Assembly (NCBI GenBank): GCA_037189525.1
Contig: JBBCJC010000002.1
Coordinates: 928,001-992,000, forward strand
Source: Gemmatimonadales bacterium
Lineage (GTDB): Bacteria; Gemmatimonadota; Gemmatimonadetes; Gemmatimonadales; GWC2-71-9
Direction of reading: 5' to 3'
DNA: 64,000 bases
Shown in pieces: positions 38,945-47,819 of this stretch (positions are counted from its first letter, which is position 1; each line of letters opens with the position of its first letter). The position numbers were made by a program, and so were the translations under genes. The notes below the pieces were generated by a model. The model saw only the letters and a program-made list of their open reading frames with translations, was not told the origin of the DNA and did no database searches.

Positions 38945-40564
38945 ATGACTTTCGAAAAGGTTGCACGCGCGGTAACTCGCCGACACTTCGTGCATTCGCT
39001 GGCGTGGGTGCCTGCCGGGCTGGTCTGGGTGCGGCAGGCGCCCCGGTACGATCTGGTGGTGCGCGGCGCCCTCGTCTATGATGGGCGATCGCTCGAGGGG
39101 CGAGAACTGGATGTGGGGATTCGGGGTGACCGGATCGTTGCCCTGGGCCGGCGCCTGGCCGGCCGGGGCGCCGAGGAGATCGATGCGCGCGACCGGGTCG
39201 TGGCGCCCGGGTTCATCGATCTCCATTCCCACGCGGACGGCACCCTCGACGAAGATCCTCGGCTCGAGTCGGTGGTCCGCCAGGGCATCACCACGGCGGT
39301 GGTCGGCGCCGACGGCGGATCCCGAGTGCCCGACCGGCGCGGCCGAACTCGGATGTCCGACTGGTTTGCCGAGGTGGACCGGCTGGCTCCCGGCGCCAAC
39401 ATCGCGTCGATGGTCGGACTGGGCCGAGTCCGTCAGGTCGTGGTGGGTGACGACGATCGGCCGGCGACGCCGGAAGAATTGACGCGGATGGTGGCGCTGG
39501 TCGAGGCCGCGCTGGCCTCGGGAGCGGTCGGAGCGTCGGCGGGGCTCGAATACACTCCGGGCGGTTTTGCCTCGGAGGCGGAGTTGGTGGCGCTCTGCCG
39601 GCCCTTGGCCAAACGCCGGCTCTGCTATTCGCCCCACATGCGGAACGAAGATGACCGCCTGGTCGAGGCGGTCGACGAAAGCCTGACCATCGGCCGCCTG
39701 GCCGGATGCGCCGTTCACATGGCCCACCTCAAGACTTCGGGGCCGCGGAACTGGGGCAAAATCGATCTGGTCCTCGACCGGGTCGACCGGGCCCGGAAGG
39801 CCGGGCGCGATGTCACGTTCGATCGTTATCCCTATGTCGCCTATCAGACCGGGCTCACCAACCTGTTCCCCCTCTGGAGCCGGGACGGGGGCACGGAAGG
39901 GTTCCTGACCCGGCTCGACGATCCAGCGCTGGACGCTCGATTGCGCGCGGCGGTCGAGGCCAAGGTCGAACTGATCGGCGGCTGGGATCGTGTCCTGGTC
40001 GCCAGCGTTGCGGCCGAGCCCGATCGTGGAGCCGAAGGGAAGCGAATTCCCGATCTGGATGGCCCCGCCTCGATGTACGATCGCGCGGCCGGTCTGCTCC
40101 GTCGCAATCAGGGCCGGGTCGGGATGGTCGGGTTTGCCATGAGCGAAGAAAATCTCGAGCGCTTGCTGCGCCATCCGCACGCGATGGTGTCGAGCGACGG
40201 GGGCGCGGTGGCGATCGAAGGCCCGGCCCGACGGGCGCACCCGCATCCGCGCAGCCTCGGCACCTTTCCGCGGGTCCTGGGACGCTACGTGCGCGAGCGG
40301 AAGACGCTGCCGCTCGGTGAGGCAATCCGGAAGATGACCTGGGCGCCGGCGGAGCGGCTTCGGCTCGACCGGCGGGGACGGGTGGCCGAGGGGTGGTATG
40401 CGGACCTGGCGATCTTCGACCCGGCCACGGTGCTCGATCAGGCGACGTTCGAAGCGCCGTTTGCCTATCCGGTTGGGATGGAGACCGTGATCGTCAACGG
40501 AAAAGTGGCGCTCAGGGAAGGCCAGCGGAGCCCGGGCTCCGGTCGTGCCGTAGGCCCGGGCTGA
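38945..40564 (+). CDS. N-acyl-D-amino-acid deacylase (D-aminoacylase family amidohydrolase), Tat-like signal
   Basis: PGFIDLHSH, QGITT, GLEYTPG, HMRNE, AHLK, SSDG, PHPRSLGTFPRVLGRYVRE; N-terminal TRRHF. Confidence 0.92.
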   Translation: MTFEKVARAVTRRHFVHSLAWVPAGLVWVRQAPRYDLVVRGALVYDGRSLEGRELDVGIRGDRIVALGRRLAGRGAEEIDARDRVVAPGFIDLHSHADGTLDEDPRLESVVRQGITTAVVGADGGSRVPDRRGRTRMSDWFAEVDRLAPGANIASMVGLGRVRQVVVGDDDRPATPEELTRMVALVEAALASGAVGASAGLEYTPGGFASEAELVALCRPLAKRRLCYSPHMRNEDDRLVEAVDESLTIGRLAGCAVHMAHLKTSGPRNWGKIDLVLDRVDRARKAGRDVTFDRYPYVAYQTGLTNLFPLWSRDGGTEGFLTRLDDPALDARLRAAVEAKVELIGGWDRVLVASVAAEPDRGAEGKRIPDLDGPASMYDRAAGLLRRNQGRVGMVGFAMSEENLERLLRHPHAMVSSDGGAVAIEGPARRAHPHPRSLGTFPRVLGRYVRERKTLPLGEAIRKMTWAPAERLRLDRRGRVAEGWYADLAIFDPATVLDQATFEAPFAYPVGMETVIVNGKVALREGQRSPGSGRAVGPG

Positions 40565-40576
40565 GATGCTGGGCGG

Positions 40577-41293
40577 TTAGCGGCCGCCCCGGCATTCCGA
40601 CAGGTCGACCTCGCCGACTTCCGGCAGCAGATCGGCGCGCGGCGCCACCAGCCAGCGCCCCGCTTTGAGCCGGAGTTCCATCACACTCAGATCGCCGCCT
40701 GCCCAGGTAGGGGCGTCGTTGCCCTGCGCTTCGCGGAACACGGCGTAGGTCACGCCGCCCGTGGGCTCCAGCACACCGACCAGGGTCCGGCGCGGCGCCG
40801 CAATGTTGCCCAGATCGGACGGCACCGGACATCCGGCCTGCTGGAACTGCATCCGGACCTGCCATTCGGGATCCCGGCTCTCGATCCAGCGGGCGGCCGC
40901 TTCTGCGGACGAGAGCGCCGCCAGCGCAGCTGCCGAATTGACCCGGGCAAATTCCCATGGCGTCGGATCGGCAAAGCGGCGCCGCTGTTCTTCCATCATG
41001 CGAACCTGATACTCGGCAACCTCGCGTGGCATGGACGGGTCGTATCGCCGCAGGTCCTCGACGGTCATACGAGGCGCGTCGTCGCTGCCTTTAGCAGCGC
41101 GGGCGGCGAAATCACGCCGGAATGTTTCGAATTGATCCAGATCGAGCAGGCGGGCCGCCTCGGTCCAGCGGCGGGCGTTCCAGGCATTCAGAAAGCCGGT
41201 GGCCGCTTCCGCAGCGGTGGTCTGCGCGGCAAGGGGCGATGTCGCCAGCAGGGCAAGGGCCCAAGCGGCGCCAACCAACGAACGAGTGTTCAT
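40577..41293 (-). CDS. Secreted hypothetical protein
   Basis: Sec signal ending LAA; GAGGAG RBS; two Cys; no recognisable family. Confidence 0.7.
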   Translation of the reverse strand: MNTRSLVGAAWALALLATSPLAAQTTAAEAATGFLNAWNARRWTEAARLLDLDQFETFRRDFAARAAKGSDDAPRMTVEDLRRYDPSMPREVAEYQVRMMEEQRRRFADPTPWEFARVNSAAALAALSSAEAAARWIESRDPEWQVRMQFQQAGCPVPSDLGNIAAPRRTLVGVLEPTGGVTYAVFREAQGNDAPTWAGGDLSVMELRLKAGRWLVAPRADLLPEVGEVDLSECRGGR

Positions 41294-41405
41294 GAGCGAG
41301 TGCTCCTCTCGACTCGCACGGCCTCCGACATCCGAATGATACTCGGCCGGCCGGGCGACCGGTATCCGGGAGCGTCAGGATGAGGGAACGACGGCGAGCG
41401 GTAGC

Positions 41406-43817
41406 TCAGGGTCGGATTTCGATGCCGATCAGAACCGACCGGCCGACCGATCGGGTGCCGGTGTAGGAGTCGAAGCGGACGGCATTGGTGAGGTTGTCGA
41501 TGCTCAGGTAGCCCGACAGCTCGTCGAGCAGGTCGGCCGACAGATGGAGGTACGGCATCACCAGCCCCGGGTGTCGGCGAAGCAGCGTCTGGGTCGCGGG
41601 TACCCGGTTGGCGCCGGCGCCGGCGCTGGCCAGGCCGATCATGTTCCAGTCGTAACCGGTCCACGAGCCCTGATAGTGGACGCCCGTCCCGAACCGCAGC
41701 TTGGGCAGACCGTAGCTCAGGCGGAGCGAACCCGACGACGACGGAATCTCGGGCAACTGGTCGCCGACCCGGAGCGATCCCGAGTAGTTGCGGGCCAGCC
41801 GTTCGACCCGGCTGCTGGTCGCATAGAACTGCGCATCGAGCGAGAGCCGGCGATGGCGCACCCCGGCCTCCAGTTCGAAGCCCCGGTTCCGGATGGCGCC
41901 GACGTTCTGGTACTGGAATCCCGTGATGGCGCCGGACACGTCGGGGATCATGACCGACTGGATCAGGTCCGAGGCCAGCTGATCGAAGTAGGTGGTGCGG
42001 ACATAGGCGGCCGGGCCGGCATACAGATCGGCGCCGAACTCGACCCCCGCCTGCGACTCGGGCGCCAGGTCCGGATTGGCAATCTGATCGTAGGTGCCGG
42101 ACACCAGGCCGTGGCTCATGCCGGGTTCGGGCGGCCGAATGCCTCGGCCCCAGCCGGTGCGGAGCCGGAGTGCCCAGCTGCCGATCGGCTGGGTCCAGGC
42201 GGCGCCGACGCTGGGCGACCACGCGGCGCCGCGGTCGTCGCCGAAGCTGCTGCTCCGCTCGGCGCGCAGACCCGCGCTCAGCGTCAGCGGCCCCGTGGCC
42301 AGCTTCGATTGCATGAAGGTGCCGACGTTGCGCACCTGGTCGTCGTAGGAACTGATGGCCAGGTTCGACGACGAGGCCGAGGATAGCGAGGCCATGGTTT
42401 GCCAGGTACCGCGATTGCGGGTCAGCCGGGTGACCTCCACCCCCGTCGTCGTCGACAGTTCGTTGCCCTCGCCCAGGTCGGCCGTGAACGCCGAGCTGTA
42501 CCGCAACGAGGCGCGGGAGGCCCATTCCTGGTTGCTGCCCGGCTGCGGCGCGCGGTTGGCGTACAGGTAGCTGCGCGGGGTGCCGAGGGCTCCGCTGGTG
42601 ATGTCGTAGCCCACCACCATCCGCTGACTCCACCAGTCGGCGGTCTGATGCGACGCGGTCAGGCCCAGGGTGGCCACCGCGATACTCGCCGTCATCGCGG
42701 CCACCGGGGCCGAGGAGATCTCGAATCGGCGATACTCGCTCTGGGCAAAGTCGTACTGCCCGCCGCGGGCCATCCCGCTCACCACCAGTGAACCCAACAC
42801 GGTCTTGGCGCCGGCGTGCGCGTTCCAGGTCCGGGCGCCGGGGAGAGGTTGGTCGCTACCGACCCGGGCCATGCTGCCCGAGAGCGCGCCGGCGCCCCAG
42901 CCGGTTCCGCCGCTCAGCAGGCCGGCGTAGTCGTGCCGCAGCACGGTCGACAGCGCGGACTGGTCGAACGAGCCCGCGGCCACTTCGGCCGAACCCTGGA
43001 GCCGGACCGCTTCGCCGAGGTTGCCCTTCCGGGTGGTAATCTGAATTACGCCGTTGATGGCATCGGACCCGTAGAGCGCCGCGCCCTGGGGGCCGCGAAT
43101 CACTTCGATCCGCTCGATACTCCGGGGGTCGACCAGCGTCACCAGGGTCGGCGAGGCCATCTCGACCCCGTCGATGTACGCCTTGAGGCCCCGGGCTGTG
43201 AAGGAACTCGCCCCGCGCACCGCCAGCACCTCGGCCGGGGCGCCGCTCGGCCCCTGGTCGCGGAGGACCAGACCGGGGAGGGTGGCGCGGAACAGATCGG
43301 CGGCGCGGGAGAATCGCTGGCCGTCCAGATCGTCGGTCCGGATCATGGTGACGCTGCCGGGCTCGTCGGTCGGGAACGAGGTGGCATTGGTTGCGGCGCC
43401 GGTTACGACCAGCTGTTCGAGGGTGCGAACCCCGGATGCGATGGTCCCGCCCGAAGGCGACCGGGTGGTGTCCGCCCCGGTGGCGGCCGGTCGTGCGATG
43501 ACCAGCGCGCCGCCCGTGACCGGGAAGATCCGGAGTCCGGTGCCGTCCAGCATCCGGTCGAGGACCTGGTGGACCGGCTCTTCGCGAGCGGCAACCGACA
43601 CCGGCCGGTTACCTGGCAGGGCATCGGAACTGAAGGCCAGCGGAATACCGTATCGAGTGCGGAGCTGGGTCAGCGCGGTGGCGAGATCGACCCGGTCGAA
43701 CGAGACCGAAATCTTCCGATCGAGGGCCGTGCGGGTCGAATCGGTGGAATTTTGGGCGTACCCCGGCGTCGCTGCGAGCAGCAGGACCGCAGTCAACAGC
43801 CGGGTGGGCAGGGTCAC
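41406..43817 (-). CDS. TonB-dependent receptor with N-terminal STN signalling domain
   Basis: Signal peptide; STN-like LDRKISVSF..LAFSS..VLDRMLDGTGL; plug IERIEVIRGPQGAALYGSDAINGVIQITTRKG; NPDLAPE; start overlaps the FecR stop. Confidence 0.88.
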   Translation of the reverse strand: MTLPTRLLTAVLLLAATPGYAQNSTDSTRTALDRKISVSFDRVDLATALTQLRTRYGIPLAFSSDALPGNRPVSVAAREEPVHQVLDRMLDGTGLRIFPVTGGALVIARPAATGADTTRSPSGGTIASGVRTLEQLVVTGAATNATSFPTDEPGSVTMIRTDDLDGQRFSRAADLFRATLPGLVLRDQGPSGAPAEVLAVRGASSFTARGLKAYIDGVEMASPTLVTLVDPRSIERIEVIRGPQGAALYGSDAINGVIQITTRKGNLGEAVRLQGSAEVAAGSFDQSALSTVLRHDYAGLLSGGTGWGAGALSGSMARVGSDQPLPGARTWNAHAGAKTVLGSLVVSGMARGGQYDFAQSEYRRFEISSAPVAAMTASIAVATLGLTASHQTADWWSQRMVVGYDITSGALGTPRSYLYANRAPQPGSNQEWASRASLRYSSAFTADLGEGNELSTTTGVEVTRLTRNRGTWQTMASLSSASSSNLAISSYDDQVRNVGTFMQSKLATGPLTLSAGLRAERSSSFGDDRGAAWSPSVGAAWTQPIGSWALRLRTGWGRGIRPPEPGMSHGLVSGTYDQIANPDLAPESQAGVEFGADLYAGPAAYVRTTYFDQLASDLIQSVMIPDVSGAITGFQYQNVGAIRNRGFELEAGVRHRRLSLDAQFYATSSRVERLARNYSGSLRVGDQLPEIPSSSGSLRLSYGLPKLRFGTGVHYQGSWTGYDWNMIGLASAGAGANRVPATQTLLRRHPGLVMPYLHLSADLLDELSGYLSIDNLTNAVRFDSYTGTRSVGRSVLIGIEIRP

Positions 43818-44791
43818 GGGGCTAGTTCACTCTTCATCTTCAGGGAGACGCTGCTTCCCGTACGTGTCACCACCACCTCGGGGAACGCCGCGCCCAAGAT
43901 TTCCAGCGCTTCCGGCAGTTGCCCCGTCGGAATCGGGCCGGTGAACCGCTTGTCGGCCAGGTCGGTGCCCAGATCGAACGAAACCGCATACCAGCGTTCG
44001 AGTTCCGTCGTGACGTCGCGGAGCGGGCGGTCCTCGAAGTCGAGCGTGCCCTGGCGCCAGCTGGTGAACCGGTCGACGGCTACGGCATGGTCGACCAGGG
44101 TCTGGCCGGGTCCGTCCACCCGGGCGACGTCGCCGGGGCCCAGGGTGACCGATGCCGCATCCTCGCGATGGATCGCCACGGCGCCCTCGGCCACCGCCAC
44201 CCGGACGGCGGTTCCCGTGGTCTGGATTTCGAAGGCGGTGCCCAAGTCTTCGACCAGGGCGCCATCGGTGGCGACCTGGAAGGGTTTGGCCTCGTCGTGG
44301 GTGACCACGAACCAGGCGCGGCCGGTCAGGCTCACTTTGCGGGTCGGCCGTCCGAACTTGGGATCGACCACCAGGCGGGAAGCGGGGGCCAGGGTCACCG
44401 CCGAGCCATCGGCCAGGGTGATTTCCCGCTGTTCGCCGACGCCGGTGGCGTATTCGACGGCTCGGTCTGGCCGCAGGAGCCAGGTCCCGGCGCCGGCGGC
44501 GAGGATGACCGCGGCGGCGGCCAGCCACTTCACGAACGGCCGGCGGATCGGAATGATATCGGCGGAGGTGTCGCCGGGGGCCGTATCGAGCCGGGTACTG
44601 ACCCGGGCCCAGGCGGCGTCGACGTTCCAGCTCTCCGGGGCGGTTTCCGGGGTCAGGGCAACCGCCAGGCGTTCGAGCTCCCGCTGGTGATCGGGATTGG
44701 CCCGGGACCAGGTATCCACCCGGTTCCGTTCCTCCGCCGAGGCCTCTCCGGCCAGATATCGAGCCAGCTGCTCCGAGTCCATACGCTCCAT
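43814..44791 (-). CDS. FecR family anti-sigma factor
   Basis: LARYLAGEAS, single TM segment, ITLADGSAVTLAPASRL, LTGRAWFVV, DLGTAF, WRQGTLDF, LERWY. Confidence 0.92.
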   Translation of the reverse strand: MERMDSEQLARYLAGEASAEERNRVDTWSRANPDHQRELERLAVALTPETAPESWNVDAAWARVSTRLDTAPGDTSADIIPIRRPFVKWLAAAAVILAAGAGTWLLRPDRAVEYATGVGEQREITLADGSAVTLAPASRLVVDPKFGRPTRKVSLTGRAWFVVTHDEAKPFQVATDGALVEDLGTAFEIQTTGTAVRVAVAEGAVAIHREDAASVTLGPGDVARVDGPGQTLVDHAVAVDRFTSWRQGTLDFEDRPLRDVTTELERWYAVSFDLGTDLADKRFTGPIPTGQLPEALEILGAAFPEVVVTRTGSSVSLKMKSELAP

Positions 44792-44909
44792 TGCTACCTT
44801 GTCGCGGGGGTACGCCCCGGAGACACCGGGATACTCCGCCACCCTGACGTGACGGCCTCCCATCCTATCATATTAGGCCCTGTGACTGATTCCGTCTACG
44901 ATCCCGTCG

Positions 44910-45473
44910 ATGTCCGAGCCGGTTAAGCCGCTGCCGCTGCGCCGCGAGCTGATCGAACGCATCCGGGAGGGCGACCGGGACGCGTTCGAGATCGTCTTTC
45001 GGGCCTACTACAGCAAGCTGACCGACTATGCCAACGGCCTGGTGCGGACGCGGGACGGGGCTGAAGATGTGGTGCAGGAGGTCTTCGTGGCGCTCTGGAC
45101 CCAGCGGGAGCGGCTGACCACGCCCGACAATCTGGTCGGCTATCTCTATCGCGCGGTGCGGAATCGCAGCCTCAATCAGTTGCGGCATCGGCGGATGGTG
45201 GCCGATTGGCAGGCGCGATCGGCGGCGGAGGACCGCAACGACGCGCCGCCGGCCGATCGCGAGGCGGAGCGGGCCGAAATCCGTGAGGCAGTCCGCGCGG
45301 CCGTGGCGACTTTGTCGCCCCGGTGCCAGGAAGTGTTCGGCTTGAGCCGCAACCAGGGGCTCACCTATCCTGAGATCGCGGCCACGCTCGGGATCTCGAT
45401 CAAAACGGTGGAGACCCTGATGGGCCGGGCGCTCAAGGGCATCCGCGAGCGTCTCGCGGGCTGGCGCGACTAG
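44910..45473 (+). CDS. ECF RNA polymerase sigma-70 factor (FecI-like)
   Basis: AEDVVQEVFVALW, YLYRAVRN, region 4 LTYPEIAATLGISIKTVE; divergent from FecR. Confidence 0.93.
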   Translation: MSEPVKPLPLRRELIERIREGDRDAFEIVFRAYYSKLTDYANGLVRTRDGAEDVVQEVFVALWTQRERLTTPDNLVGYLYRAVRNRSLNQLRHRRMVADWQARSAAEDRNDAPPADREAERAEIREAVRAAVATLSPRCQEVFGLSRNQGLTYPEIAATLGISIKTVETLMGRALKGIRERLAGWRD

Positions 45474-45563
45474 CTCCACTCGGCTTGCCTCGGTTGCCGC
45501 CGCGCGACACCTTTCGCGAGTTCGGCTCCGTGGCGCTCACCTTTCCAACTGCAGCGGTGCTCC

Positions 45564-46751
45564 ATGCACGACGCCGTCATCGTTTCGACTGCCCGCACGC
45601 CCATCGGCAAGGCGTACACCGGCGGTCTCAATAACACGCACGGGGCCGAGCTTGGTGGGCATGTGATCCGCCATGCGGTGGAACGCGCGGGGATCGACCC
45701 GGGCGAGGTCGAGGACGTCATTCTCGGTTGCGGGCTGCCCGAAGGCGCCACCGGATCCAACATTGCCCGGCAAGCGGCCATCCGCGCCGGACTGCCCGTC
45801 ACGACCAGCGGGGTAACCGTCAATCGCTTCTGCTCCTCGGGGCTGCAGACCATCGCGATGGCTGCGCATCGGGTCATGGTTGACGGCGTGCCGATCATGG
45901 TGGCCGGCGGGCTCGATTCGATCAGCCTGGTGCAGAACGAGCATGCCAACCGCTTCCGGCACGACGATGCCTGGCTCCTGGCGCACAAGCCGGCGATCTA
46001 CATGGCGATGATCGACACGGCCGAGGTAGTGGCCAAGCGGTACGGGATCGGGCGGGACCAGCAGGACGAGTACGCCTTGCAGAGCCAGACCCGCAACGGC
46101 GCAGCCATGCGCGAGGGCCGCTTCGACCGGGAAATCGCGCCGATAACGGCGCGGAAAGTTTTGTTCGACAAGAAAACCAAACAGATCGCCGGCGAAGCGG
46201 ACGTGACGCTGGCGGCCGACGAGGGACCGCGTCCCGACACGACGGCCGAGGGCCTGGCCGGGCTCAAGCCGGTACGGGGCGAGGGGTTCACCATCACGGC
46301 CGGCAATGCGAGCCAGCTGTCGGACGGCGCTTCGGCCTGCGTGGTGATGAATGCCAAGCTGGCGGAGCAGCGCGGCCTGGAACCGCTCGGCATTTTCCGC
46401 GGCTTTACCGTGGCGGGGTGCGAACCGGACGAGATGGGTATCGGGCCGGTCTTTGCGGTGCCGCGGCTGTTGCAGCGGGCCGGTCTTCGGATGGGCGACA
46501 TCGGGCTTTGGGAACTCAACGAAGCCTTTGCGGTGCAGGTGGTGTACTGCCGCGATCGGCTCGGGATTCCGAACGAATTGCTCAACGTCGACGGCGGCGC
46601 CATTTCGATCGGCCATCCCTACGGGATGAGCGGTGCGCGGCTGGCGGGGCATGCCCTGATCGAGGGTAAGCGGCGCGGCGCGCGGTATGTGGTCGTCACC
46701 ATGTGCGTAGGCGGCGGAATGGGCGCCGCCGGCCTGTTCGAGGTGGTATGA
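45564..46751 (+). CDS. Acetyl-CoA C-acyltransferase (thiolase)
   Basis: [38 protein letters not shown]. Confidence 0.95.
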   Translation: MHDAVIVSTARTPIGKAYTGGLNNTHGAELGGHVIRHAVERAGIDPGEVEDVILGCGLPEGATGSNIARQAAIRAGLPVTTSGVTVNRFCSSGLQTIAMAAHRVMVDGVPIMVAGGLDSISLVQNEHANRFRHDDAWLLAHKPAIYMAMIDTAEVVAKRYGIGRDQQDEYALQSQTRNGAAMREGRFDREIAPITARKVLFDKKTKQIAGEADVTLAADEGPRPDTTAEGLAGLKPVRGEGFTITAGNASQLSDGASACVVMNAKLAEQRGLEPLGIFRGFTVAGCEPDEMGIGPVFAVPRLLQRAGLRMGDIGLWELNEAFAVQVVYCRDRLGIPNELLNVDGGAISIGHPYGMSGARLAGHALIEGKRRGARYVVVTMCVGGGMGAAGLFEVV

Positions 46752-46786
46752 CGCCGGCGAGCCGCGCGCGGCGGGGCGGGTAGGCC

Positions 46787-47245
46787 ATGGAGCTTCGGCT
46801 CGACCGCTCCCTGACCGATCCGGCGGGGTTTTCCTTCTGGACGCCGATCGTGGTTCGTTTCAGCGACCTCGATCTGCTGGGCCACGCCAATAACGTCCGG
46901 ATTGCCGGGTGGCTGGAGGACGGGCGGGTCGCGCTGGAGTTGCCGATTCAGCCCTGCACGCCAGACTACGACGGTCCGGTGGTGGTGCTGGTGGACTTCC
47001 ATATCCAGTACCTTGCCGAGGTCCGGCTCGGAGACGAGGTCGCGGTCGGGACGCGGGTCCAGCGGATCGGGACCTCGTCGATTACGCTGGGTCAGGCGGT
47101 CTTTGTCAACGGCCGATGCGCAGCTATTGCTGAGTCGGTCGAGGTGCTGATCGGCGCTACCTCGCGCCGGCCGGAGGGATGGCCGCCCAAGTTTCTGGCG
47201 CACTTCGAGCAGTACCTGGTCGGCTTGCCGGACGGCGCGGCCTGA
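46787..47245 (+). CDS. Acyl-CoA thioesterase (4HBT/YbgC hotdog fold)
   Basis: VRFSDLDLLGHANN, RIGTSS. Confidence 0.85.
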   Translation: MELRLDRSLTDPAGFSFWTPIVVRFSDLDLLGHANNVRIAGWLEDGRVALELPIQPCTPDYDGPVVVLVDFHIQYLAEVRLGDEVAVGTRVQRIGTSSITLGQAVFVNGRCAAIAESVEVLIGATSRRPEGWPPKFLAHFEQYLVGLPDGAA

Positions 47246-47742
47246 TGCTGTGGTATCTGCTGCTGGTCATTGCCCAGCTGGCGGGGCTCGTGATGGTCGG
47301 CTTGGGGCTGCCGGGGCTCTGGTTGATGCTGCTGGCCGGGGTGGTCTACAAGCTGGCGGCGGCGCCCGCGCTGCTCAGTTGGGGTGTGCTGGGCGTGGCG
47401 GCCGCGGTGGCGGTGCTGGCCGAGGTGCTCGAGTTCGTGTTGTCGCTGCGGTACACCCGGCGATATGGCGGGACCCGACGCGGAGGCTGGGGCGGCGTGT
47501 TCGGGGGCATTGCCGGCGCGATCATCGGGCTGCCGATTCCGATCATCGGCTCGGTCGTGGGCGCGTTCGTCGGCACCTTTCTCGGTGCGCTCCTGGCGGA
47601 GTATTCGGCCCAGCCCGACTCGGCGGCGGCCGGACGGTCGGCGTGGGGCGCTCTGGTTGGCCGGGTGGTGGCGACGGCGGTCAAGGGCGCGCTTGGTGCG
47701 GCCATGGCAGCCGGTATTCTGATCGCGGGCTGGCCGCGATGA
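47245..47742 (+). CDS. DUF456-like membrane protein
   Basis: LPGLWL, RRYGGTRRGGWGG, IGSVVGAFVG..LAEY; TGATG coupling with the thioesterase. Confidence 0.8.
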   Translation: MLWYLLLVIAQLAGLVMVGLGLPGLWLMLLAGVVYKLAAAPALLSWGVLGVAAAVAVLAEVLEFVLSLRYTRRYGGTRRGGWGGVFGGIAGAIIGLPIPIIGSVVGAFVGTFLGALLAEYSAQPDSAAAGRSAWGALVGRVVATAVKGALGAAMAAGILIAGWPR

Positions 47743-47819
47743 TCGGTTAGTTTTGCCTGGGGTGGCGCATCGCGGGCAGATCCGCGTCGCGGCAGGTAAT
47801 GATGGGGGGTAGAACGGCT

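Noticed and set aside
41398..41420. TAGCTCAG resembling a tRNA D-arm start
   Set aside because: It overlaps the receptor stop codon on the opposite strand, and no anticodon arm, T arm or acceptor pairing follows.
44815..44850. Shared ECF promoter motif upstream of the two fecR genes (AGGG...GTCT-like)
   Set aside because: Similarity with the 54615-54690 region is too weak to call by eye.
44882..44926. 14-codon upstream ORF (MTDSVYDPVDVRAG) overlapping the ECF sigma start
   Set aside because: No SD or other support; short ORFs like this arise by chance.
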